A stretch of 64,000 nucleotides of DNA from a bacterium. Lineage in GTDB: Bacteria > Hinthialibacterota > Hinthialibacteria > Hinthialibacterales > Hinthialibacteraceae. The DNA lies in contig CAXXMV010000002.1 of assembly GCA_963662285.2 (NCBI GenBank), forward strand, positions 448,001 through 512,000, in the 5' to 3' direction. Under the pieces are notes generated by a model, which ran no database searches, had not been told where the DNA came from, and worked only from the letters and a program-made list of their open reading frames with translations. Position numbers and translations under genes: made by a program. Below are positions 9,438 to 19,510 of the stretch, in pieces. The stretch's first letter is position 1, and the number at the start of each line of letters is the position of its first letter.

Positions 9438-10454
9438 TTAACTATTGGCGCGGGCTTGCGCGGCCTGGGCCTGAACGCATGTTATTGCGACTGAATTATA
9501 AATATCGTTGGCGCTGCATCCACGTGACAGATCGTTGACCGGAAGAGCCAAGCCTTGCAGCAAAGGTCCATAAGCTTCGGCTTTGGCCAGGCGTTCCGTG
9601 ATCTTATAGCAAATGTTGCCTGCATTCAGGTCTGGGAATATCAGAGTATTGGCTTTGCCTGCTACGGTGCTGTCTGGCGCCTTGCGTTTGCCGATTGCTG
9701 CGATGATCGCTGCATCTGCTTGCAGTTCGCCGTCAATTTTAAGCTCGGGATGCTTCTCTTTAACGATGGCGGTTGCATTGACAACTTTATCAACTAGAGG
9801 ATGCTTGGCGCTGCCGTAGGTGGAGAATGAAAGCATGGCCACAACAGGTTCTATACCTACCAGCGCCTGGGTGGATTGAGCGGTTGCTACTGCGATATCA
9901 GCCAATTGTTCTTCATTGGGATCTGGAACAACGCCGCAGTCGCCATATACCAGTACGCCTTCTTCGCCGTATTCACAATCGGGAACGATCATCAAGAAAC
10001 AGGAGGAGACGGTCTTCATACCCGGCTGCATGCCAATAATCTGTAGGGATGCGCGAATTACGTTGCCTGTAGCATTAAGCGCGCCTGCAACCATGCCATC
10101 CGATTCACCCTTATGAACCATCATTGCGCCATAGAATAAAGGATCGGCTAAAATTTCCTGCGCCTGCTCGACTGTCAGACCTTTCTTTTTGCGTTTTTCG
10201 GCAAAATATTCGGCCCATTCACTCTTTTTGGGATGATTTGCAACATCGACTATTTCAATGCCGTCTAGAGAGACTTTTTCTGCGTCGGCGGCTTTTTGAA
10301 TTTCCGCAGGGTTGCCCAGTAACTGTACTACGGCGATTTTCTCGTCCGTTGCTTGACGAGCTGCTTGCAGCATGCGTTCGTCAGTTGATTCGGGTAATAC
10401 GATTCGCAGTGGATTGTCTTTCGCCGCCTGTTTAATCCGTTCCAATGGATGCAT
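9438..10454 (-). CDS. pta: Phosphate acetyltransferase
   Basis: IVLPES, MLSFSTYGSA, DGELQADAA, FPDLNAGNICYK, PVNDLSRGCS. Confidence 0.97.
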   Translation of the reverse strand: MHPLERIKQAAKDNPLRIVLPESTDERMLQAARQATDEKIAVVQLLGNPAEIQKAADAEKVSLDGIEIVDVANHPKKSEWAEYFAEKRKKKGLTVEQAQEILADPLFYGAMMVHKGESDGMVAGALNATGNVIRASLQIIGMQPGMKTVSSCFLMIVPDCEYGEEGVLVYGDCGVVPDPNEEQLADIAVATAQSTQALVGIEPVVAMLSFSTYGSAKHPLVDKVVNATAIVKEKHPELKIDGELQADAAIIAAIGKRKAPDSTVAGKANTLIFPDLNAGNICYKITERLAKAEAYGPLLQGLALPVNDLSRGCSANDIYNSVAITCVQAQAAQARANS

Positions 10455-10457
10455 AGT

Positions 10458-10751
10458 TTATGGCCTTCTTTCAATCATTTTTTCTTTATGTTTACGAATC
10501 TGAGATTCGATTTTTCCTATAGATTTGTCGATGCACTCGCGGACATGTTCACCTTCTTCACGGGCATGCATACTTTTATGGAGCGCATGAACGGTTATTT
10601 CTACAATTTGTCCGCTGGTTCCACGCTCTAGTATCACATGCGCTTCACCATCGCCATGCGTGTATTTATCGATTTTTTGAATACGTTCCTCGATATATTT
10701 CTGCAAAAAGTCGGATAAGTCATGACCTCGGCTGGTTATTTCTAATTTCAT
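10458..10751 (-). CDS. hpf: Ribosome hibernation promoting factor (short HPF/RaiA)
   Basis: MKLEITSRG..LS..LQKYIEERI.KI.KY…IE.QIRKHKEK; RBS aaggag. Confidence 0.9.
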   Translation of the reverse strand: MKLEITSRGHDLSDFLQKYIEERIQKIDKYTHGDGEAHVILERGTSGQIVEITVHALHKSMHAREEGEHVRECIDKSIGKIESQIRKHKEKMIERRP

Positions 10752-11366
10752 CTCTCTGCTCTCCTTTAATTATCTTTTGTCACGAGCGCATTGACCCAGT
10801 GGTTCCGGCTTGATTCCAGGCCTTTAATTGTACATGCCCGGTGAAATTATAACCATTAGTCGAGTTAATATTACTATGTGTCTCTTACTTCGAATTATTA
10901 CTAATAGTATCTCAAATTATAAAACTTTCTTTTATAAAGCCTAAAATATTTCATTTTATTATATTATATAGTATTCCCTTCCCCTAATGGTTTATGAAGG
11001 CGAGTGAGTAGGTGTTGGTGAAAAATTATCTTATTCCTTTGTGAAACAAAAAAATAATATTTTGGAATGATTTGGTAAGGGGGAATGTGTTTAGCTGCCA
11101 ATATAGGTTTCATATTATATGAATATCTCAAATATAATTAGGTTTTAGTGATTTTGGAGCAATATTTCAACGAATTTCATGTCTTCGGACCTTAAGCCCT
11201 GTTTTTTCACATTTGTTTACTGGCGGCAATGTTTTTCAGAGGACAAATTGCCTCATTTGAATCTAACCGTATAATGATTTTTTGGTACTTATGTACTTGT
11301 TGAAATCGCAAATTGATATTTTAACAAGTTGATTACGCTGTTCTATCCTGCAATAATTCAATCACT

Positions 11367-12863
11367 ATGGTTTTATCCCCGAAACCCATGATTGTATTCA
11401 TCACTCCTCCCGTCACTTTAGAGGAACGATATGGCTCTTTGGCCTCATCGGGGAACTGTACGCCATGCCTGGCCTGTTTATTACTAGCGGCTATCGCCCG
11501 AGAAGCAGGTTATGATGTTGCCGTGATCGACGCCTCCGCTGAAAATTTAACTCTTGATGAGACCATTTCACGCATAGGTGAACTGGCGCCTGGTTTTATC
11601 GGTATAACCTCAACAACACTAACAATTCTATCGGCTGAACGAGTTGCAGTATCTGTTAAAAAACAATGGCCCAATGTGCTGATTGGCATCGGTGGGCCTC
11701 ATGTAACTGCAATACCTGAAGAGACGTTGCGACGCTGCGCCGATTTCGACCTGGTTGCTCTGCATGAGGGTGAACATACGATTATCGAAATATTGGATTA
11801 TCTACGGGATAATAATCGGGCAATGGATTCTATTCCGGGTATTGCGTTTCTGGAACCTGGGGGAGAATTGATAAAGACTCCACCCGCGCCGCAATTTAAA
11901 GACCTGGATTCACTGCCTTTCCCCGCCTGGGATCTTCTGCGAGATTTTCCTGATGCATATTCACCCGGATTCTTTAAGGTTGCGCAAATGCCATCGGTTT
12001 CGTTTGTAAGCGCCAGGGGATGTCCTTACCATTGCAGTTTTTGCGACACCAGCGTTTTCGGACAAAAGGTACGCAGTCATTCGGCTGAATATATGGTTGA
12101 GTTATTTGAGTACCTGAACAGCCGATTCGGCATCCGCGACGTAACTTTTGAAGATGATACTTTTATGTTCAATAGCAGGAACGTGCTGCGTTTCTGTGAA
12201 TTATTGCTCAAGAAAAAACTGGGAATGACCTGGGCCTGCAACAGCCGGTTGAATCTTGCCAAACCGGAATTATTGAAAACTATGAATCGCGCTGGATGCT
12301 GGCATATCAGTTATGGAGTGGAAAGCGGTTCTCAGGCTATTCTGAATCAGGAAGATAAAGGCATAACAATAGAGCAGATTCATCAGGGGATACAAAATAC
12401 CCGTGCTGCAGGCATCGCCGCCAAGGGATTTTTTATCGTAGGACATCCCGGAGAGACGCTGGATACGCTTCGGGCTACTTATGATTTGACGCAGCAGATT
12501 CCCTTCTCTGATATCAGCGTATCCTGCATGACTCCGTTTCCCGGTTCTCCACTTAGCAGGAATGCCCATGAATTCGGGGAATTTGATGATGACTGGACTA
12601 AAATGAATTTACTGACTCCGGTATTCGTGCCTCATGGTCTTACTGCGGAAGATTTGCAGAGTTGGCAGAAGAAGATTCTGCGTGATTTCTATTTCCGTCC
12701 CAGGACAGTATTGGATTACATGGGACGCATGTTGCGCAATCCCTCGCCGCGATATATTAAGGGGATAGCCGTCTCGGCGTTGGCGCTTTCAAAAACGGTT
12801 TTCACCAGGAATAAACAAAAGGATATATCAGCCAGATCAACAGCGGAGGATTGCGTTAAATGA
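11367..12863 (+). CDS. B12-binding radical SAM protein
   Basis: N-terminal cobalamin-binding fold (GGPHVT, HEGE); SARGCPYHCSFC; FEDDTF; GVESGS; GHPGET. Confidence 0.9.
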   Translation: MVLSPKPMIVFITPPVTLEERYGSLASSGNCTPCLACLLLAAIAREAGYDVAVIDASAENLTLDETISRIGELAPGFIGITSTTLTILSAERVAVSVKKQWPNVLIGIGGPHVTAIPEETLRRCADFDLVALHEGEHTIIEILDYLRDNNRAMDSIPGIAFLEPGGELIKTPPAPQFKDLDSLPFPAWDLLRDFPDAYSPGFFKVAQMPSVSFVSARGCPYHCSFCDTSVFGQKVRSHSAEYMVELFEYLNSRFGIRDVTFEDDTFMFNSRNVLRFCELLLKKKLGMTWACNSRLNLAKPELLKTMNRAGCWHISYGVESGSQAILNQEDKGITIEQIHQGIQNTRAAGIAAKGFFIVGHPGETLDTLRATYDLTQQIPFSDISVSCMTPFPGSPLSRNAHEFGEFDDDWTKMNLLTPVFVPHGLTAEDLQSWQKKILRDFYFRPRTVLDYMGRMLRNPSPRYIKGIAVSALALSKTVFTRNKQKDISARSTAEDCVK

Positions 12864-14335
12864 ATCCCGTCGTCTTTATAGAACCGCCAGTAAAAGATAA
12901 ACGTCATATTCCAGAAAGATTCGCGGGATGCAGTTATATGCTTTATCCCCTGCCTGATCTGGCGAATTTCTACATGCTCTCTTATTTGCAGAAGCATGGT
13001 TTCACTGTGGAAATCGTCAATGGCGTATTGGATGATATGACGGAAGATGAATTTATTGATAAGGTCAAATCATTACAACCAAAAGCGTTGATTTTGCATT
13101 CCGTCATTTTGGCTAAGCCGCTTGATCTATCGTTTCTGCCTAAACTGCTTTCTGAAATTGATACGCCGGTCTTGATACATGGGCCGGAGCCATCCCGCGT
13201 CCCCATGGAATATCTGGATGGCGCCGATTCATTAGCCCATAATGAACGCTTGCTGGTTTTTACTGGTGAACCAGAGAAGAATATTCTGGCTTATCTTAAA
13301 GACGGAACAAAAAATGGGCTGCATGTATATGAAAAAGATGAAATTAAGTCATATCCACATAAGCACGATTATCTTTCCATAGAAGATTTGCCTTATGATT
13401 TTCATCAGCATCCTACTATAAAGCGACTCTCTTCCCATTTCTTGAACGCCAAATTTCCTCATCAGCCGGTGGCCGCCATGCTGGTTTCTCATGGTTGTCC
13501 TTTTCCATGCTCGTATTGCGTGCCCAATTCGGTTAGTTTCGCCCGTGAATTGGATATGCGTAAAAAAGGCAGTGATCCTAAACCCCGACCGATCTACGCC
13601 AGTCCGGAGCGGGTGATCGGCGAATTTAAGATGGTTAAAGAAGCCGGATACAGATCAGTTATGGTGATGGATGATCAGTTTCTGGCCGGTAAAAAACGAA
13701 CCTTGGAAATTTGCGGGGGCATCCAAGACCTGGGATTGCAATGGGGCATCTGTTCCCGGCCGGACTTTCTGGTCGACGAAGAGGTGGTTGCGGCATTATC
13801 CGGGGCGGGATGCATCAGCGTTGATATCGGGATAGAAACTTTGTCGCAAAAGATTTTGGATGCGATTCAGAAGCGGTTGGATTTGCAGACATTTTATACG
13901 GCGATACCGCTGCTTAAAAAATACCGGATCGAACCCAAAATCAACATCATGTTCGGTTCATCCTCTGTCGAAACCGAAGAAGACATTATGCACGCTATCC
14001 GCGAGATGGAACGCTTGAAAGTTCATAATGTTATGTTCTCAGTGGCAACGCCTTTTAAGGGAACGCCGTTTTATGAACTGGCGCAGCGCGAAGGTTTGTT
14101 GATCAATGATTCGGATGAGATTAATCCCTTTGGCAAGAGCATGATTTCCTATCCGCACATGTCAAACGAACGGCTTCAGGAATTATGCCGTTATGCTTAC
14201 CGCCGTTTTTATCTGCGGCCTTCGCAAGTCTGGCATCGAATAAAATCATACCGCTCCTGGTCTTCCATCAAAAATGATCTGCGGGTGGTCGCCAACCTGT
14301 TTCTGAGGGATCAGACGCGCCGTAGCGCTAAATAA
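12860..14335 (+). CDS. Radical SAM protein with a divergent B12-binding-like N-terminus
   Basis: SHGCPFPCSYC; MDDQF; GIET; ATPFKGT; ATGA overlap with the upstream gene. Confidence 0.85.
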   Translation: MNPVVFIEPPVKDKRHIPERFAGCSYMLYPLPDLANFYMLSYLQKHGFTVEIVNGVLDDMTEDEFIDKVKSLQPKALILHSVILAKPLDLSFLPKLLSEIDTPVLIHGPEPSRVPMEYLDGADSLAHNERLLVFTGEPEKNILAYLKDGTKNGLHVYEKDEIKSYPHKHDYLSIEDLPYDFHQHPTIKRLSSHFLNAKFPHQPVAAMLVSHGCPFPCSYCVPNSVSFARELDMRKKGSDPKPRPIYASPERVIGEFKMVKEAGYRSVMVMDDQFLAGKKRTLEICGGIQDLGLQWGICSRPDFLVDEEVVAALSGAGCISVDIGIETLSQKILDAIQKRLDLQTFYTAIPLLKKYRIEPKINIMFGSSSVETEEDIMHAIREMERLKVHNVMFSVATPFKGTPFYELAQREGLLINDSDEINPFGKSMISYPHMSNERLQELCRYAYRRFYLRPSQVWHRIKSYRSWSSIKNDLRVVANLFLRDQTRRSAK

Positions 14336-14365
14336 TGATGCATAAAGTTATTGTGCAATAATCTT

Positions 14366-15355
14366 ATGAGAAACCATCTTGATAATGTAAAGAAATTCTT
14401 CCGTCTGCTGACCAAACGCAGGAGCGCTTATCCGGAAGAGATACAAATTGAGGTTACCAATGCCTGTAATTTGAATTGCGCCATGTGTCCGCATTCATTT
14501 GGTGAGATTTCTCAAGAAGATTTTCCTATCGGGTTGTTCGAAGAATTGGTGCAAAATAATCCCCCGCCCAAACATCTAGTATTGACTGGATGGGGAGAGC
14601 CTTTGATGCACCGCCGGTTTTTTGAGATGGTTGAACTGAGCCAAAAACACTGGCCAGCCGCCAAAATACGTTTTACCACTAACGGTATACTGCTTAATCA
14701 AGAAAATCAACGAAAAATCGTTGAACATAACCTGGCGGGAATTACCGTCTCGGTTGATCTATGGCCTGAACGCCAATCATTGTCGGATGAGTGGCGTGAT
14801 ATTCTTCATCCCCCTTCGCCCAAGGCGTTGCGTAATTTAATTGACTATTGTTCAAATGAAATGCTCGTGGAAACGACGCCGCTAACCCTCCAATCTCTGT
14901 TGGTGCATGAGAACTATGATGATGTGAAAGAGTGGATAGAATTCGCCGCCCAACATGCCGTCGCCTCAATCAATCTGGTTCGGATGCAACAGTACCCAAA
15001 TCAAGCCTTAAAACGGCCTGAGTGGAAAGATGAACAACAGATGATCACTGATTTGATCTGCCTTGGGAAAGAGCGTGGAGTGAAAGTACGCAGCGTGAAT
15101 CAGCAGAATATGCTGCTGAGGCTTGCCACAAACTTTGACCGAACCTGCCTGCGCACCGATGACGGCGTCTATATTACTATCAATGGCGCTATAACCCCAT
15201 GCTGCAACCTGCGCGATTACTCTATCGGCGACCTGGGCGATTCTGAAAATGCTATAACCACTGCATGGAATTCTCTTAAAGAACAAAGGTTCTTTTGCGA
15301 ACAAACATCAATCTGCGGCAAATGCGACGCCCTGTTTCATGGGTATCGTGAGTAG
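14366..15355 (+). CDS. Radical SAM/SPASM-Twitch domain protein
   Basis: EVTNACNLNCAMC; GWGEPL; TTNG; C-terminal C…GAITPCC…CGKC. Confidence 0.88.
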   Translation: MRNHLDNVKKFFRLLTKRRSAYPEEIQIEVTNACNLNCAMCPHSFGEISQEDFPIGLFEELVQNNPPPKHLVLTGWGEPLMHRRFFEMVELSQKHWPAAKIRFTTNGILLNQENQRKIVEHNLAGITVSVDLWPERQSLSDEWRDILHPPSPKALRNLIDYCSNEMLVETTPLTLQSLLVHENYDDVKEWIEFAAQHAVASINLVRMQQYPNQALKRPEWKDEQQMITDLICLGKERGVKVRSVNQQNMLLRLATNFDRTCLRTDDGVYITINGAITPCCNLRDYSIGDLGDSENAITTAWNSLKEQRFFCEQTSICGKCDALFHGYRE

Positions 15356-15362
15356 AATCAGA

Positions 15363-15440
15363 CCTCCTGATCTGGTGGTTATGGATATCAAAATGACCTG
15401 GATGAACGGACTTGAACTGATGGACAAAATTCGAAGCGGC
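15363..15440 (+). pseudogene. Remnant of a response-regulator receiver domain
   Basis: Translates PPDLVVMDIKMTWMNGLELMDKIRSG, the receiver core around the phospho-Asp; the N- and C-terminal parts are missing. Confidence 0.65.
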
Positions 15441-15469
15441 GAACATATTTTTGACAATCGCTCTAAAAT

Positions 15470-15498
15470 AAAAAGAGCGCCGAAAGGCGCTCTTTTTT
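15470..15498. terminator. Bidirectional intrinsic terminator
   Basis: aaaaagagcgcc-gaaa-ggcgctctttttt between convergent genes. Confidence 0.9.
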
Positions 15499-15525
15499 GT
15501 AGTGCTCTGTGAAGAAATAGTTGTC

Positions 15526-18012
15526 TTAATATAAACTCCAGTTTTGAACGCTGGTTGAATAATTATTGAGTATTAACAGTGAAGAACCAAATTCATCGTT
15601 CTCGTAATAGAGAGCTGTTTTCTTCCACTCATATTCATCATTTTCATCCTTTAATACCGAACGGAAATCATAAAAATAATTGGAGGCATCTTCGTTTTCA
15701 TCGAAAGCAAGTTGTCCGCTGGCGCCTTTGATATTTCCGCGCAGGTTTTCGAAGAAGCGGTATTCGAAATACTGCCATTCGTCTGCAATGGGATTTTCAA
15801 TACCTACTGATTGATATAGGCAAGCGGCAATCCATAGCGCGTCGTATGAATTGGTATGGGCGGAGGTTAGTTCTGGTATTGTTTCGCCATTCAGCGCCGC
15901 CATGTCATGCAGCAGGATTTGAGATTGAACAGAGAAAATCATGTTGCCTGCGGGAATGTTGGAACAGGTCAGTTGGATGTTAGAAGCAATTTCGGCCAGC
16001 TGAGGATCATTAATGACTGTCTGATTGTTTACGAAACCTTCCGTACCGAGCCATCTTACCTTACGCAAGAGGCTATCTGCGGGGATTTGTCCGATACAGT
16101 CGGCCAATTCTCCGAATCCGAAAGTTAAAATAGCGGTGTCTTCCAACTTACCAAGATTCAGTGATTGCTCCATTGCTTGCAGTTGGCTTGAAAAATCATT
16201 GCTATCAATTGGATACGGTTCTATGGCCAGCAGGTCTCCATTGAATGATTGGGCGATGAGGGAAGAGAAATCCTGTCCGTAAGTATCATCACGGTGCAGT
16301 ACGATAAGAGTATCAATATTCTTTTTTTCCAGGTAGGCGAATATCGCTTCGGAATGGGAAAAATCATTAGGCGACAAGCGTAGGATATGGTCCTCTTTTG
16401 CCAGAGATGTTGTTGTGCTGGATGGGCTGATGAGGATGAGATTATTCTCAGCGACAAAATCTTCCATGATGGATATGCAAGAACTGGCGAATGGGCCGAT
16501 GATGATCTCTACGCCTTCGCTTTGAAGATTCTTAACTTCCTGCAAAGCCACATCAGGATCGGCTTGGGTATCTTTGATAACCAGTTCAAATTCAAGGTTA
16601 TACCCTTTCTCGTTGAAGAGGTGATTAATATTCTTTAAGGATGCTTGCAAAGATTTCTCGGCGCTTGAACCAATAAAAGAAATAGAACCAGTCAGTGGAA
16701 TAAGGGCGCCGATTTTAACGGTTGTCTTTTCTTCTGGAATAAAGAGAAGGGGGTTGTAGCCATAGGGGCGGTAACCATCATGGGCGTAATCACGACTAGA
16801 CATGTCAATATCGCCATTATCATAGGTAGTGTAAGAATAGGTATCCCATAGGTTGGCGTCATTCCATTTGTCGGCTCGCATGAAAGCATAGGTGAAATTG
16901 TCTTTGTCGCCATTTTCATCAAACCTGGCTTGACCAAGAAGACCGTAAAAATGAGTTGCATTATGAATTAATGACATGCGTAGAGTTTCAAAGTCAACCT
17001 CGTTTATTCCTGTGTCATATAAACGTGAAGCCAGCCAAAGCGCATCATAAGCCAGCAATGAATAATAGGATGGTTGCGCTCCAAGATTATCTGCTATCTG
17101 TTGATAGATGCTTTCCAGGTAGAGATCCTTAAAAATGTTTCTGGTATCGAGGCTGTTTCCTGTTAGAGCGGTTCTAAATGCGAAATCCGCTACAGTTTCA
17201 TCCTGTAGAAGCGACTGGCTGCCGATCACCGCTTCGTTGGCAACCCATTTAAGGTAACGCAATGAACTGAATTCAGGGATTTGTTTAATCAGGTTTGCGA
17301 GATGATCTTCGTTGCCGATGAAAAAGACGCATGTATTTGGATAGGCGTAATCATTTATGGCAATGGCTTCTTCGGCTTTTTGTATAATATCGCTGAAATC
17401 GGTTGTTTCGGATGTATATGTAAATGGTTCAGGATGATCGTAAATGCCTAAAAACGAATTCAGCAGTTTAGTAAGCTCATACAAAGATTTTCCATAATTA
17501 TCGTCTATATATATCGGGATAACATTATCGATATCGTAATTATACATAAAGAACGTAAGCATTAATGATTGAATCTCATCGTTGGGAGCAAGCCGGTATA
17601 AGTTATCTTCCAGGCTGAGAGACATGGAGGAACTTGAGGGGCTTATCAGGAGAATATCGTTCTCGTTAGCGTAATCAACAATGGCTTCCGCTTCGTCGCT
17701 GGTCATGGGGCCAACGACTACGCGGATGCCCTGCGCATGAAGGTTTTTGAGTTCTTCCAATGCTTGAGCAGGAGAACTCTGGCTGTCCTTGATAACCACG
17801 TTCATTTTATAATCATGTTGGGTTAAAAATGTTGCGATATGTTCCTGCGCCAATTCGAGCGCCGCATTAGCGCCGATTCCTGTGGTTTTCCAACCACCAG
17901 TTAAGGGTAAGATGGCGCCGACGGAGAATTCCTTAGTTTGGGATATAGCTTGCGGCGCTAAAAAGCAAAGCGCCAAGGAGATGATGAGGCATTGGTAAAA
18001 ATGTTTTTTCAT
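15526..18012 (-). CDS. Secreted protein with two tandem type I periplasmic-binding (LIV/ANF-receptor-like) domains; C-terminal WxLY motif
   Basis: Signal peptide; two copies of GA(I/L)xPLTG…D(S/T)Q..P..AL..…GP..S…ISPSS…RL.PND…YDALW…G…FDEN; ends TSVQNWSLY. Confidence 0.85.
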   Translation of the reverse strand: MKKHFYQCLIISLALCFLAPQAISQTKEFSVGAILPLTGGWKTTGIGANAALELAQEHIATFLTQHDYKMNVVIKDSQSSPAQALEELKNLHAQGIRVVVGPMTSDEAEAIVDYANENDILLISPSSSSMSLSLEDNLYRLAPNDEIQSLMLTFFMYNYDIDNVIPIYIDDNYGKSLYELTKLLNSFLGIYDHPEPFTYTSETTDFSDIIQKAEEAIAINDYAYPNTCVFFIGNEDHLANLIKQIPEFSSLRYLKWVANEAVIGSQSLLQDETVADFAFRTALTGNSLDTRNIFKDLYLESIYQQIADNLGAQPSYYSLLAYDALWLASRLYDTGINEVDFETLRMSLIHNATHFYGLLGQARFDENGDKDNFTYAFMRADKWNDANLWDTYSYTTYDNGDIDMSSRDYAHDGYRPYGYNPLLFIPEEKTTVKIGALIPLTGSISFIGSSAEKSLQASLKNINHLFNEKGYNLEFELVIKDTQADPDVALQEVKNLQSEGVEIIIGPFASSCISIMEDFVAENNLILISPSSTTTSLAKEDHILRLSPNDFSHSEAIFAYLEKKNIDTLIVLHRDDTYGQDFSSLIAQSFNGDLLAIEPYPIDSNDFSSQLQAMEQSLNLGKLEDTAILTFGFGELADCIGQIPADSLLRKVRWLGTEGFVNNQTVINDPQLAEIASNIQLTCSNIPAGNMIFSVQSQILLHDMAALNGETIPELTSAHTNSYDALWIAACLYQSVGIENPIADEWQYFEYRFFENLRGNIKGASGQLAFDENEDASNYFYDFRSVLKDENDEYEWKKTALYYENDEFGSSLLILNNYSTSVQNWSLY

Positions 18013-18179
18013 GGTTTTAATGATCCCTTCTTTAATCTAATGATTATCTGAGTAAAAAAGAACTCAAGAATACAATCTTTATATTGGTATGAATCATGGC
18101 TTTTTTGTGCGTAATTGTAAATGTCTGTATAATTACGCATAACGATATTAAGGTAATTTTTTGTTTATAATCGCTCTAT

Positions 18180-19415
18180 TTATGGATTCCGCGCTAATCT
18201 AAATCCATAGGAGCGGCTTTTTTCTCCGCCCATGCGGGGGAATCGGTGAGTGGTGCGGGCGTAATATTGGTTGAAATTCCAGGAGCCGCCGCGCAGGATT
18301 CTCTTATGTTTGTCAGATTCCTTGAATCTGGTTCTTGATCCGGGATAGGGATGAAAGAAGTCATTGACCCATTCGAAGACGTTCCCGGCCATATCTTCTA
18401 CTCCAAAACGGCTTGCGCCAAGGGGGTAACTGCCGACTGGCGCCGTACCGCGTCTTCCCGCTTGCCATATATTTGCGCGATTTGGATCGAACTCATCTCC
18501 CCAGGGATAAAGAGCGGGTTGGGCGCCATGCGCTGCGCGTTCCCATTCTGCTTCGGAGGGTAGGCGACCGCCTTTCCATAGGCAATATGCTTCAGCGTCT
18601 TCAAAAGAGACCCAGGTAACAGGATGCTTCTCAAGACCGGGTGGGATTTGGTTCCCTTCCCAGTGTTGCGGCGCTGCATAACCCGATTCGGTGACGAAAT
18701 CCCGGTATTCCTGATTAGTTACTTCGTATTTTCCGATATAAAACGCTTCAAGGTTAATTTTATAGGGTGGTTTTTCGCATGGATCTCCAGATTTTGAGCC
18801 GACTATGACCATGCCCTCCGGGATATATATCATCCCGGGGTATTTTTGTGTAACGGATTTGAGGATTTCCTTCTGTTGGTTTGGCATAACCGCATTTGGC
18901 TCTTCGCCTTCTGGAGGAATCAATTTTTTAAGTTCAATATCGAACGAAGCGCTGATCAAGCGTCTTCCCCAGGATCCCATTAGTTGGGATGCGCTGAGTC
19001 CGGTTGATGAACGGGTCATGGTTTTCAAAATGCTTCCTTCTTTGACGTCAATGCGGCGCAGGGTGATTTCGAGCGATGATCCTCTTCGCTTAATATGCCC
19101 GGCCAACAGTTCGTCGGCGCCCACTTTTTTCCCCATTTCTGTAAAACAGGGAAGGTCGAAACATAGAGATGTAAATGATTTTGCTTTCATTATGGAGCTG
19201 AAGGATGAACGGCTTAGAATGCGGTATAAACCAGTTTTCTCGATCTCATTACTGATGAAATCGCTGAAGGCCCGCGCTTCGGCTTGAGAAGATTGCTCGC
19301 CGATGGTTCGTAATTCGGTAATAACTAATAATGGAGGGATACCCGTATCTTCTGCGAAACACGGGATAATTATCAGATGGCAAAGAATATATAAATATAT
19401 AAATAATCTAGGCAT
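18180..19415 (-). CDS. Exported FGE-sulfatase (SUMF1/EgtB/PvdO) domain protein with an N-terminal alpha/beta domain
   Basis: YEVTNQEY, HPVTWVS, RLPSEAEWERAA, YPWG, DMAGNVFEW, RGGSW, GFR. Confidence 0.88.
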   Translation of the reverse strand: MPRLFIYLYILCHLIIIPCFAEDTGIPPLLVITELRTIGEQSSQAEARAFSDFISNEIEKTGLYRILSRSSFSSIMKAKSFTSLCFDLPCFTEMGKKVGADELLAGHIKRRGSSLEITLRRIDVKEGSILKTMTRSSTGLSASQLMGSWGRRLISASFDIELKKLIPPEGEEPNAVMPNQQKEILKSVTQKYPGMIYIPEGMVIVGSKSGDPCEKPPYKINLEAFYIGKYEVTNQEYRDFVTESGYAAPQHWEGNQIPPGLEKHPVTWVSFEDAEAYCLWKGGRLPSEAEWERAAHGAQPALYPWGDEFDPNRANIWQAGRRGTAPVGSYPLGASRFGVEDMAGNVFEWVNDFFHPYPGSRTRFKESDKHKRILRGGSWNFNQYYARTTHRFPRMGGEKSRSYGFRLARNP

Positions 19416-19510
19416 GAATAAACCCGGTGTTACTGATAATCTGGAGAGATTCGGATAATACCGGTATTTCCAACCAGCCTGATTTTTAGCGCCGAGCTAA
19501 CAATACCGTC

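Noticed and set aside
10760-10850. Possible raiA-motif or other structured RNA upstream of hpf
   Set aside because: Only short weak stems are visible and I could not match a consensus by eye; an Infernal/Rfam scan is needed
10860-11366. Possible RiPP precursor upstream of the radical SAM operon
   Set aside because: AT-rich with no convincing RBS-led small ORF
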